Of a DNA stretch of 53,427 bases, positions 36,160 through 48,352 are shown piece by piece. This DNA is from Octopus bimaculoides (taxonomy: Eukaryota): the NCBI RefSeq assembly GCF_001194135.2, contig NC_068982.1:100222201-100275627 (forward strand), given 5' to 3'. How positions within the stretch are numbered: position 1 is the first letter of the stretch; each line of letters opens with the position of its first letter. The translations under genes and the position numbers were made by a program. Below the pieces are notes generated by a model. That model had not been told where the DNA came from. It saw only the letters and a program-made list of their open reading frames with translations, and ran no database searches.

Positions 36160-36345
36160 CTTAGCGGCATTTCATCCGCCTTCACATTCCAAATTCAAAT
36201 TCCACCGAGGTCGACTTCGCTTTTCATTTTTTCGGAGTCAATAGAATCAATACCAGTCAAGCACTGAGATTAGTGAAATCGATTTAATCCCCTCCTCCGA
36301 AATTGCTGGCCTTGCGCTAAAAATTTGAAATCAATATTCATTTTC
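36160..36345 (+). mobile_element. Diverged tRNA-derived SINE (11308 family)
   Basis: ATGCTTAGCGGCATTTC..TTCAAATTCCACCGAGGTCGACTTCGC..ATCGATTTAATCCCCT. Confidence 0.7.
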
Positions 36346-36640
36346 AACATCGCTCCAATGTAACTCAGAGAGGTTGAAATCGATTAATAGATGTAAGGGA
36401 GATTACTGCGGAAGCTTTGCTTGCATTCACTTTGACGCACATACTCTACAACTATTAACTAAGATTTTTAACAGGTTACTTAATACACTCCTCTGTCTAG
36501 TCCTACAATTTACTATCGTATTTATGTGGCCCTTTTAAAAGTTCAACTATTATATGCCTTTGTTCTTTTGATTTTCTCTCTTTCTCACTCATGTGCTTTG
36601 TTTACTATTTTTTAAAGGGCAAAATCGGTAAATTTTGTTG

Positions 36641-37074
36641 CTTTCACCCGCACGATTTTCACTAAAAAACCCCACAAAAAACCTCGGAATTTTTGTGTGG
36701 AATCAAGTACCCTGATCTCTTAATATGCTAATGCAGATTCGCACCTCTCCTTCAAAAATGCATTTTTCTGAAAAAGTTTATTCCGACATGTAAAACCCAG
36801 AAATCCAAATAAACTTTTCAGAAAAATGCATTTTTCTCGGGGAGGTGCCAATCTGCATTAGCCCCCCCGCCTTCCCCCCGGAATTGTGCCTATTTAGTCG
36901 AAAAATGCGGTTGGTCTGTGAAGAGGAAATGGGGTGGAGGTCTGTTCCACCCCACGTTTTTTTTCCGAGCAAAAATATGGGGTTTGCAGCATATTAGAAA
37001 GTCAGGGTACTTGATTCCACGCAAAAAATCTGAGATTTAAAAATTTTTCATAATGAAAATCGTGCGGGTGAAAG
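36641..37074. mobile_element. Foldback family C: ~90 bp outer inverted arms enclosing a 55 bp inner hairpin
   Basis: Outer arms 36641-36730 / 36985-37074; inner arms 36727-36782 / 36808-36862. Confidence 0.8.
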
Positions 37075-37452
37075 GATCAAATACCGCAAAATCAGTAGAG
37101 CAACGGACAAATACCTCGTAGTATTTATTTATGACCATTTACGTTTTGAATTCGGTTCGAATACAGTTTCGCTTTTCGTTCAGCAATTTCTCTATAACCT
37201 TTTAGCTTTACAGTCACCTACAATAGCTATACATATATAAGGAGCCCTTAAGTGATCACCCGAGATGCTAGTAACAGTGACTAAATACCCCTCTAATTAA
37301 ACTCTACCGTTTGAAAGAGCGAGGACATTGGATATTTGTAGTCTAGATACACGATGTCGGCAAAAATAAGTAAAATGGAATAAAAAAAAAAACTGAAGGC
37401 GAAATGGTCATAGCTGGAAAACATTTGCTCATAAATCTGCTCGTTCATACAT

Positions 37453-37502
<50 letters not shown>

Positions 37503-37504
37503 AC

Positions 37505-37932
37505 ACTGAAGATCAGTGAAAACGAGAAAACCTATGCTGAACTATTGAGAAATCTGCAGTTACTCTATCCAGATTACAAGTTAGGTTTATACCTGTAATA
37601 ACTGGAGCCCTGGGATATGTAACACACTGCCTACATACCAATCTTGAGAAATTAGGCTTCTTAAAACTAGAAAGGAGAAAGCTAATTTGAAGACTACAGA
37701 TCCAATCCATCACTGGGCTGTATAAATCTGTAAAACTTTTCAGAAGTTTATCATTTAGATATATATGAGCATGTCTAGATATGCTCATATAGGAAAACAT
37801 ACAAATCTGCACATATACATACAAACAAAAATACTCTGTTGTTGATGTTGAAATTCCAATGAAGCAACCTTGGATCTAGGTTAGCAACTGGCTCTTTCTC
37901 TATTGGTTAGACAACTTGAAATAAACTGAACA
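37505..37932 (+). mobile_element. R4/Dong-like RLE LINE 3' end, copy 2
   Basis: LKISENEKTYAELLRNLQLLYPDYK, colinear with 25055-25510 to the same 3' terminus. Confidence 0.7.
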
Positions 37933-37944
37933 TTGACATAGACA

Positions 37945-38055
37945 GACAGACAGGCTTCTTTGAGTTTTTGTCTACCATATCCACTCATAAGGCTTTGATT
38001 GGCCTGTGACTTCAGTAGGCCTGAACACGGAACTATGTGGTTAGGAAGCAAACTT
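37945..38055 (-). mobile_element. Diverged SINE 5' half
   Basis: Reverse complement resembles the tRNA/CORE-like head of 22250. Confidence 0.6.
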
Positions 38056-38759
38056 CGTAAAATGAAGGCAAGGAAGCTAAGGGCTTTGAGTTTTAGCTCT
38101 ATCTTAAAATTAAAGACACTTTTGCTAAGAGAAGTCCAGAACTTCAATAAATAGCATTTTTCAGTTTCATTGAATCTTTTGTTTTATTTTTTTTTACAGA
38201 CATGTAATGTCATTGGATAAATGGATAAATTATGTTATGTAGAATTCATGGATTGCCATTTTGATTTTATTTCTGCCCACTGTTAAAAGTTCATAAGTCA
38301 CATTGATTTTAATGCAACTTAAGTATTTTTAGAGCTAGATCCTTCAACTCTCTTTTGTAAAGTTTTGAGTTTCTTAATGTAGCTACTGTATGTGGACATA
38401 AAGATAGTGTTAGAGTGAGACTGTTAGATGAAACGAGAAACTTTTAGGTGAAGTGAGAAACTGTATTGCCTCCTCCAAGTTCAAAACCCGCTGAGGCAGA
38501 CTCTTTGCATTCTTTCATTCCAAGGTTGAATAGCTATCATAGACAAATATAGGTATATCAAGTACCATACAATATAAATTCTTAATTTATTAAAATGATG
38601 TCTGCCACTGGAGGATGTGTTATCATCATCATCATAATTACCAAATGGCACTCAAGAATCAGCTCCACTTAAGAAGAAATAATCTTAAGAATCAAGAATT
38701 TCCCCCAAGTTGACATGCCATTAAGTGAAAGGACATAGTTATTATCTGGAAAGTCCCTC

Positions 38760-39630
38760 TTATAGATTCCTGTCATCCCTCCAATACTTTGACAATCTAA
38801 TCTTCAGGAAACTCAAATGCTTGGTCAATGTCAAATTCTTCCAGCGACCAAGCTGGTTTGCCCAAATGGTTTGGGGGTCTAGGTCTGCGCAAGTGCTCAT
38901 CTTTATCTCTTCCCTGTTTTCTTTCCCCCATCGACAATTGCTCTCCTTAGTTAGGCAACTTCATCTCCAACATGGATAAATTCCAATAGGGAAATGGATA
39001 AAGCTCTATCATAATGGAGAGAGCTGGGTTTGTCAGTTCCAGTTACATGATAGATGGAAACAGAGAATATGGGACAATCTGCATTCAGGTGCCCCTGATC
39101 AATCTGATCAATTTTCAAGGTGTTGCCTACTTTCAGCCAGTGCAAAATTCTCAGGGGACTGAATTGATGCCCTGCCTGTGGCCAACATCAATCCAGATGA
39201 ACTCAGAGTAGGAACTGACGTCTGTAGGGGACTGAGATGCCACTGTGGTAGGCCCCTAGACTCTACAGGTTTTCATGGTCTGTCTTGCTGACTAAATGCT
39301 AGTTGCTTCACTCGTCACACCAAGCTAACCCTAATCATTAAGTGGGCCTTGGCTCAGATTGATATCCTCTCAGTTCTGGAGCCATCAGGGTTATTCAGAA
39401 GTGATGGAAAAAGACCAGGTGGTCTTACCCTCTTTCCCTGGATTAGAGGTAGGTGCCTTGTTTGGGACGCCACAATCTGTGACTCCTTTGCTTTCTCCCG
39501 CATCTTGGATGCTGCAGTTAATTGGAGGGTCACTGCTTCTGTAGCCAAACGGAAGAAAACCCTGAAGTATTGAGATCTGACAGTGAACTATCTCTTCCAA
39601 CCTGTGACGTTTGAGACATGAGGGCATTTG
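38760..39630 (+). mobile_element. CRE-like RLE non-LTR retrotransposon, copy 2 (thumb, zinc knuckle, endonuclease)
   Basis: QAGLPKWFGGLGLR; LLSA..SGD*IDALP; CHCGRPLDSTGFHGLSC; LEPSGLFRSDGKRPGGLTLFPW..LVWDATICD..KKTLKY*..YLFQPVTFET. Confidence 0.85.
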
Positions 39631-39752
39631 GCTTTCCCAATGCCTTAGCCTAACCCTGTGGTAATGCTGTGCGCATGCTGGTTTGCTCAAGTAGGTTCCA
39701 TCAAACCTTGTGATGTGCAACCAGTTGCTGTGATACAAAAAAAAAAATCCTT

Positions 39753-39808
39753 ACAAGGCGGTGCTCCAGCATGGCCACAGTCAAATGACTGAAACAAGTA
39801 AAAGAGTT
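39753..39808 (+). mobile_element. Isolated SINE 3' tail
   Basis: AAGGCGGTGCTCCAGCATGGCCACAGTCAAATGACTGAAACAAGTAAAAGAGT. Confidence 0.8.
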
Positions 39809-41766
39809 ACAAACGGTTTCAATACAGTTTTAACAGAAAGATTTGGAAGAATTAGATCAAAGTTCTCCAGTAATTTTCTTTCAGGTAAATAAATGTTTAT
39901 GTTAATTTAAAAATTTGCCAGCAAAATCTTCTAAAAGATGTACATATTTATATGTTATGAGAATAAGAAGACAGTAATGGCTACACATTTTTGTTTCTCT
40001 AAACGTCATCAGCATGACAATTGTTCTATGTTAGCTGCAGTAGCCAAGGAACAGAAACATGCATAGAGTAAAACACATTAATGTCCCAGACAATTTACCT
40101 AATTTAAACAGAAATGAGCAAAGAGAAATAACCCAAACTGGCCATTGACATGCCTGTGAACATCATATACAAACGCATGTACATCAAAAGCCATACAACA
40201 TAAATTGTTGATTTATTAAAATTATCTGCTTCTAGAGGATTATCATAATGACCAACAGACAATTAAGAGCAGCTCAATATGAGAAGGGGAGATAATCTCA
40301 CGGAGCAAAATCTCCAGAATTGATACGCTCTTAAAGAAAATAACAGACTTATTTGTCTGTAAATAAGAGGTCAGTCATAGTCAGGTGTTTCAGCCTAAAT
40401 AAGTGTCATCAGTATGACATTGTCCTACCTACATGATCTCCATCAACCAAGGAATGCACGCGTCAGCAGTAATCTCCAGTAGCCAAGCGACTCTACCCCT
40501 ACTATATTTGTATTTTGTTTTATTTGTAACAACAGACTAAGTAACCATGTAGAGCTGTAATTCTCGAATGTCAGGCGCTTGGCTCTCGGGGAATGTATTT
40601 CAAAGAAGAATCGCCAATCTGAGAAAGTAGTTTGCATAAAATTATGGAATAGAAGACTGGTATCATACAGGGAGGAACTTGACCTGGGATTCTGTGAATT
40701 ACAGGTTTAGAGGCTCCCTAATTCCTTCGCGAATATTTTGATGGTAGTGGTGTTAGTCAGAATATAACATCAGAAATTGAAAAATTAATGATGTGACGAC
40801 AATAGACTGAGCAGATATCTCACAATTTAGCGACCTCTCATAATGGGAAGTAAACCGAAAGAAAAATAATACGTAAAATTAACGAAGTGCGAACGTCGTG
40901 GAAATGGGGGTCGAAGATCTACCGAATGGAAAACTGTCCAATATTATATTTAAAATAATTAATATTAAAGGATAAGGAAAACAATATTTAAATATAGAAA
41001 TTTTTAATCGACAATTAAGAACCGATCTCCATAGTACCAAAAACTTTGAAGAAATAAAATTATTAAAATGCTTTCGTACTCACCAAATATCTTAAAATCC
41101 TTGTTTTAAATATCATAACTATACTTTTATTAAGAATACGTATTGATATCCATTAACTTTCTTAGATTTATTCATTTAGTTTATAAAAGCATTGCTGTAC
41201 ATTCATATGAAGACCTGTCACAGAACGTACTCAGGACAAATGAAAACAAAGCTCCCAACTTAAATAAATTATATATATATAGGTAAAGATATATGTAAGT
41301 ATATGGATATATATTTTACATGCACCTATATATGTGTATGTATATATATACTGCCAAATTTAAAAATTAAATACCAAAGCTTAATATAGTAGAAACTTTG
41401 TTTTCTTAAATAAACTTCTGAAAGTGTACTCTGCAGACAGATATAACCGCGCGCTCACAAATCGTAAACGGAGGCAAAAGTTGTTCGAATTACTTTGGTG
41501 AGTACAGGTAATTTGAATGAATGAATTAATATACCAAATTGATCTCACTTTCTGAAAAATTAATTCTTCTCGAATTTTCTCAGTACTTCATTTTATATAT
41601 AGCTTACTTTTAGAATCGAGTCAGTTCTAATCGAAAAGAAGTATATTCAAAAATTGATCACGCCTCAGCCATCCCATCGTTTGTTTGTTTGTGTGTGTGT
41701 ATATATATATATGTATATAAACACAGACACCTGTGTGTGTGTATATATGTATATATNNNNNNNNNN

Positions 41767-41829
<63 letters not shown>

Positions 41830-42744
41830 CGCATACATGTTTGTGTGTGTGTGTATATATATATATTATAACATAGATAAAATTGTATCTAATGACGCAA
41901 TGTAATAGGCATATACAATAAGTAGTACTCATATTAGTTTACAACTGAAACTCCGACTTGAATTGTGACTTAAACGAAAGTGTTGTTGTACCTGCCTAGC
42001 AGTAAATGGCTATTAGTAGTCCTCTTCGAGCAGGTGTATATATATATATATATATATTAGAAAGAAAAATGAACATGCAAACGTGGTATCATTTCAGAGC
42101 ATGTAATTTATAATTCAAACAGTTTCTATTATAGAAGTATCGAAAGTCCAAAACGTTGCTTTTTCAGAAAACGAAAAAATAGTTTCACCATTCCGTAGCA
42201 AAACCGTTGTACTACACTTTGACAATTTTTGATATCTTGGCATCTGAAGCAGCTGGAGATACGATTGTTTGATCAAAAGAACCGGCTATTGCAAACAAAA
42301 ATAAATATTGAAAAAAATAAACAAAACGCATTTGGACATACGACAGTTTAACATAATAGCAACGAAATAATTGTAGAGTTGTTACAATGGAGTTTTAGGG
42401 GTAGAAAGTATAATATAATTAAGGGAGTAAGAACTTGTGCATATAGTCTACTGCTGTTTCTAGAATTGCTGTGCAAATTGGTACATATCTCAGCAAACAA
42501 AAATTTCCATATAAAAGCCGACAAAGCTGTCTTCAGAGAGGAAGAATTGAAGAATATCCTTAATAAAAGTTATTAGTAGTTACTAGTTCCATTATTGAAG
42601 ACAGAGTGAAGTAGATTATGGGTGGAAGACTTGTGAGGAATAAAGGACAGTATAAAAAAAGATAGTGAGGAATGTATGAGACTAGATAGAGACTGATATA
42701 GTGAAGGCAAATATACCTTAAGCATGAGAGGGATATATATAAAT

Positions 42745-42780
<36 letters not shown>

Positions 42781-43254
42781 TATAAGAGACTATTCTAGAG
42801 TACATTCTGCCTTATCTTCGAAACGTCTAGTTAGAATAAGAGGCAGCTGACGAAGGATTAATTCCAAGTGGCTATTTGTTTTCCTCTGTGTTCGTTCCAT
42901 TGTCTGTAGTTCATTTTTCTAACGTCCTGTACCCTGATATGCATCTATATACACATGTAGATGTAAGTATGTACATATATGTGTGTATACATGCATATAT
43001 ATTCTTTGTATTATTATTATATATATATATATATATATATGCACACATAATACTACCAAACTGAACCAACAAGTTCATTCTACAATCAGCAAAAGTTATA
43101 GAATCATAGAGGTGCACATTCCGTCGGATTTTGAATGTTGTAGTTCATGAAAATATAAATCAATTAAAAATTAATTGGAAACAACTGTAATGAATTGATA
43201 CATTATCCATCTATTATTCATTTATTTATTTTTACCTCTCTTGGAACCTGCTCA

Positions 43255-43690
43255 TTGTGTAGATTTGAAGTATATTATGGACTACATTTAGCATTTTAAT
43301 ATTGGCCTTCAATACTTTGTTCCATGTCTTCCTTGGTCTCCCTTGTCCATAAGTTTTATCCATTTTAAGTAATCTGCACTTTATGCAACTGTCCTTATCC
43401 ATACATGTCACAAAACCAAACCAGTGCAGTCCTCCCTTTTGCACACTGCATCTATTTCTTTTTATGCCTAACTTTTCTTTCAATACACTAGTGTCTGTCA
43501 TACGTGTACATTGACATTGCACATCCAGTGGAGTATACTAGCTTCATTCTTCTCTTGTCTTCACATGTCCTCTGCATTCAGAGCCCTTGTATCACTACCA
43601 TGTGACATTGCTGTTTGTATACATGCCTCATACAACCTTCCTTTCACTCAGAGGGAGCATGTGAGGAGATCAGTTTCCCATGTATCTAAT
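43255..43690 (-). mobile_element. Old RTE LINE C-terminal fragment
   Basis: Minus-strand VKGRLYEACIQTAM.HGS..EASILHWMC and WFGFVTCMDKDSCIK..GQGRPRKTW. Confidence 0.8.
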
Positions 43691-45220
43691 CTTTAAGTAG
43701 GTATCACTATAGAATGTTGTACAATGGAGACAAACACAGTCTGAACACACAAAAACACACCTTTTGCTTCATCATTTTCATGTCAAAATAAATATTTTCT
43801 GAGGGAAGTTATATATCATTTGAAAGTTCTGGATGTGAACTTTCTTCTCATGTAGTTTTAATTAAAATTCGACAGTTACATATTGTGTCAGGGTATTTCC
43901 ATGCATTTACAAAATTTGTCTTTTTTTTTTTTGACTGCTGAACATTCTAGTTCAATGCACTCAAGCACCATAATTCAAGTTGTGTTAAAAATCATACTGT
44001 CATGAAGAGGAAGGTTTTCACTTTATTTTGATATAAAAATTGATGGGGGGTAGGTCAGACAATCATTATGAAATATAGAAGTTAAAATTTCATTGTTAAT
44101 TTTCACGTAGAAAAGGACATATTTTCTTGAAGATTTTTATCTCAAGAAAATAAAAAATTTCTCATGAATTCAATGTGATCATTGATAATTCTGGCCAGGA
44201 TATGGTTAAAAAGTGCAAAGTGAGTAAAGAGGATGGTATACTCACCTTACTTGCCAAACAAGTAGTTGCATGTGATGAGAGGTTAAATGGAACACAAATC
44301 TAAGGCTTCAAGTTTACCAAGTAAATATATATTTCTACAAAAAATGCACTAAATTGAGTTTAATAAATCTTTTAGAGTCCAAACTTAGCAAGAGGTTGTT
44401 GTATTGAGAATGTTGTTTATTCCGTCTCAGTGTTTTAACAATATGTAGTGAGCCACTAGACAAACCTAGCAGATATTCTTGTACATGTAAGATTTGTTTT
44501 CCTTTGAGAAAATATTGGTCAAATTCTGCCAATAAAAATTATATTGTGCAATGAATATAATTTTGTAGACTTATCAAAATCAGATGTAATTTATTCAGTT
44601 TATTCAGAATAATTTATTCAGTTTATTCAGAATAATTTGTGTTAGTGCTTACATATTTATTTTGTTTTTTTTTCTCTCTCTCCTAATGAGTTTGCTGTAA
44701 GTTACAGATGTTATTAATGCCTTTAATTTATGTTTTTAATGCTTGAATCGAGGAATTAGTTTTCACATTTTGTTTGTCTTTTAATCTAGGTCAACGTACA
44801 ATTCTGAGAAAGGTATTAGGTGTTTGTGGGATTTGCTAGAAACAGCAGCGAAATCTTCCTTAAATCACACATCTTTTCGTTTGCAAATATTTTCAAAATT
44901 CTTTTTTAACTGAAAAGGCTTCTCTCATCGTTTTTAAGTGCGTGGTGCAAACAAAATTGGCCAAAATCAGTTTGGAGGAGGTAGGAGATGGAAAGGGTAT
45001 GTGTGTGCACAAAAAAAAAATCATAAATTTTTCAAAACTTTTTTTTAATAAAAAGCTTATCCCCATCATTTCCAAGACTATGATGCCAAAAAAATTAGGG
45101 AAACCGCTGTCAAAACAGAGAAAATCTAACTTATGTAGGAGTCCTGATTCAAAACTCTGCCACATAAAGCCCTTTTCAATAGTCCATTAAAATTTTATTG
45201 AAATGTTGTCATGTTCCAAA

Positions 45221-45965
45221 ATCATCTTCATCATTGTCATTTAACATCTGCTTTCCATGCTGGCATGGGTTTGACGGTTTGACTGAGAGCTGGCAAGCCA
45301 GAAGGCTGCACCAGGCTCCAATCCGATCTGGCAAAGTTTCTACAGCTGGATACCCTCCGTAATGCCAACCATTCTGAGAGTGTAGTGCCACCGGCACTGG
45401 CATTGACCATGTTCAGATGGTGCTTTTTACGTGCCACCGGCATGGGAGCCAGTCAGGTAGCACTGGCGACGACCATGCTTGAATGGTGCTTTTTACGTGC
45501 CTCTGGCATGAGACCAGTCAGTTAGCACTGGCATCGACCACGCTCGAATGGTGCTTTTTACATACTACTGGCATGGGTGCCAATCAGGCGGTACTGTCAT
45601 CGGCTACGACAATGACTTCACTGGACTCAACAGGTCTTCGCAAACGCAGTTTATTGCCCAATGATTGAAGGGTACTCTTACATGGGCTGGTTATGCTGCA
45701 CTGGCATAGGCCACAGTTACAGTCTCACTTGGCTTGCCGGGTCTTCTCAAGCACAGCATATCTCTAAAGGTTTTGATCACTTGTCATCACCTTCGTGAAG
45801 CCCAACATTCGAAGGTTGTGCTTCATCACCTCATCCCAGGTCTTCCTGAGTTCCTCTCTTGCACAGGTTCCCTCTACTGCTAGGGTATGACACTTTTTTA
45901 CACAGTTGTCCTCATCCATATTATGTAACATGACTATACCACCACAGTCGTCTCTCTTGCACACT
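45221..45965 (-). mobile_element. RTE LINE 3' end
   Basis: MDEDNCVKKCHTLAVEG..RKTWDEVMKHNLR, followed by the 3'UTR array and (GAT)n tail. Confidence 0.9.
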
Positions 45966-46469
45966 ACCAAGATTTATTTAGTTCTATACCAATTACAAAT
46001 GTGCCAAAACTCAAGACACTGTGACTTGTACTTTTGGATTTAACTAGGTCTGAAAACTCTGTGGAATTGACTCTTTGTGACATGTAACAAAATAGGCTTT
46101 ACATAAATATTTTTAAAATTTGTCAAAAGGAAAAAGTTTTTTTTACCAAGAACCTGAAAAAAGTTGGTAACTGCTATACCATGCTCACTATTGATTTGTG
46201 TAATTTGAAAATGATTATTGCTTCAATTTCAAAGATATGACATCACAAATATGACTAATTAGGCACAATTTCAATCATTCAAATCGTCATATTTCCTAAA
46301 ATATTCACCTAAATTTCACAAATGAGATATCAAAATGTCTCTTTTTGGATGCTCTCCAAGATGAAGTACAGTAGAAATTACATTAAATATTTTCAAAAAT
46401 TTAGAATGATACCTACTTGAAGGTTCCTGTACATCTTCCACATACAAACACCACTTCTTCTGTTAATGA

Positions 46470-46620
46470 CATTTCGTCTGTCTTTACACTCTGAGTTAAA
46501 ATTCTGCTGAGGCTGACTATTCTGTTCATCTTTTGGGGTTGATAAAATTAGTACCAGTGAAGTATTGAGGTCAATGTAATCAACTTACCCTCACCCGATT
46601 ATAATAAAGTGTTCAAAGCA
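46470..46620 (+). mobile_element. Diverged SINE (11308 family)
   Basis: CATTTCGTCTGTCTTTAC..CTGAGTT..CATCTTTTGGGGTTGATAAAATTAGTACCAG. Confidence 0.7.
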
Positions 46621-46870
46621 TGAAATACAAAGTCTACAATAGCATTCTAGTTTTATATTCGTTTATGAAGTTTGCACCTTTTGTTTTTATACCAATTTTA
46701 CCTTTTCCATTAACCATGTTGTCTAATTTTATTGCAGGAACTTTGAAATGATGTATGATTGGACACAATTAAAGAGTAGCTGCTGCAACAGTTCCAGTTT
46801 ACCATTTCTGAACCTTTGTTGAAAGTGAAAAAAGGGAAAAAGAAGAAAATAAGCATTTGGTTGGATAAAT

Positions 46871-48191
46871 ATGAAGTCCAGTGGTGATCATTGTATTATT
46901 TTGTCTGATTCCAGTTCTGAGTGGAGTTCTCTACCTGATTTAACAGAGCTTTCAGATACAGAGGATCTGTTTCTGTCTAGATTTAACCAACCAAAATCTT
47001 GTACAGGGACTAAAATTGGACCTGACTTTGTAATAGAAGTTGATGATGACTCTGATAATCAAGAAAATGATGTTATTTTGATTGAGGATACAAATGATGA
47101 CACCAAAAATTCTTTTTGTACAATACCAGAAAGGAAACCCAACACGAACTGTGTAGTGGATGCTTATTTTCCAAGACAGAATATAATCAAAAAATGTTTG
47201 TTTGTTCCTTATTTATTTCAGTCTCCGTCAACCGATGTGATAAAATATGGTAAAAGCTTACAACTTCAGTCTTTGTTGTCTATGACACTTATATGTTCAT
47301 ACGTTGAAGAAGGGACTGCATTCGCCAATTATACATCTTATATTACTGATGTTTTATATAACTGCAAACCTGATATTTCCGTTTCCAAAAACTTATTTAA
47401 ATTACTTATATCAATCAACTCTGATAAATCTCACAAAATGAATGAATTTCTTCATTTGTCTTCTTCTGAAATCTATCGACTTCTTAATGTTATTTGTCAC
47501 CGTTACCCAGAAAACATCAGGTTCGTCTGGTCTGAGTTTTCAGAGATAGCAAAGGCGACACCAGTGTCATTAATTAACTTGTTTTTGGTTGTTGAACTTT
47601 GTCTAAGTGTTTTTGAATCTGAACTGAATGAAATTGTTTCCTCAAAAACCACTGAAATAAAAAAGTTCCAGACTTATAAAATACTTGCCAATGAAGAAGC
47701 TCATTCCTCTGTTAGGTGCATAATTACAATGTTGAAATATTCTTTTAATATTTTACAAGAAGAAAGTTCTGATGTGTTAGAAATTCTAATTCATAAATTG
47801 CAAAAATTACTAGAAATTTCTGTATATATTAGTTGCAAAAGTATTTCAATGGCTGAACATGTTGCTAAACATCTTGTCAGTTTATACAATAACCTTCCTC
47901 AATTGAAATACCGTATCAAATTGATTACATCTATCAAATCAGAGTTGATACGATTTAAAATGATGGAAAATATTTTGGTATTGTATTATGATAGCATAAC
48001 GTTACAATGGGATGATATGCCTGTTTCTTTTACTAGTCTAGCAGAATGTTTCTTTCAGGCCTTACCACGGAAGAATTCTATGTTTAGTACTTATAGCGAC
48101 ATTGAAGTTATATCATACCATGAACAATCTTGTGAAGAACTTATCATGATCATATATTACACAGTCAACAGCTATATCCTTTATTTACAAC
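46871..48191 (+). CDS. SIMC1: First coding exon (440 codons plus 1 nt, phase 1) of a SIMC1-like protein (SUMO-interacting motifs plus Nse5-like domain); 3' exons not located
   Basis: Long non-repetitive ORF. Acceptor TTTTATTGCAG|G at 46737/46738, in-frame stop at 46850, ATG at 46871, donor CAAC|GTAAGT at 48191/48192. By-eye match to human SIMC1 recalled from memory: YRLLNVICHRYPEN~YMLLMKIQQLHPAN, HSSVRCIITML~PHNVRDVIKWL, LQKLLEISV~LQRMLSIAV, IKSELIRFKMMENIL~MESHLLRCKVLEII, CEELIMIIYYTVNSY~WDELVEHLQFLLSSY. Exon confidence is high; orthology is unverified. Confidence 0.7.
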
Positions 48192-48352
48192 GTAAGTCAA
48201 GCATATTTTTTTGTTCTTTTTGTGTGTCCATTTGCTATTTATTTATGTTATTATTTAGAACCAGGTCAGTCTTCATTGAGCAGGTCTGTGATAAATGTCG
48301 TTCCAGCTGTGATCATTCTGTCTTAGGATTAGTAAGTATAATGCTAATTACA

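Noticed and set aside
44246-44334. Minus-strand coding exon (good acceptor and AAG|GTGAGT donor)
   Set aside because: Stops in all three frames; at most non-coding, and no support.
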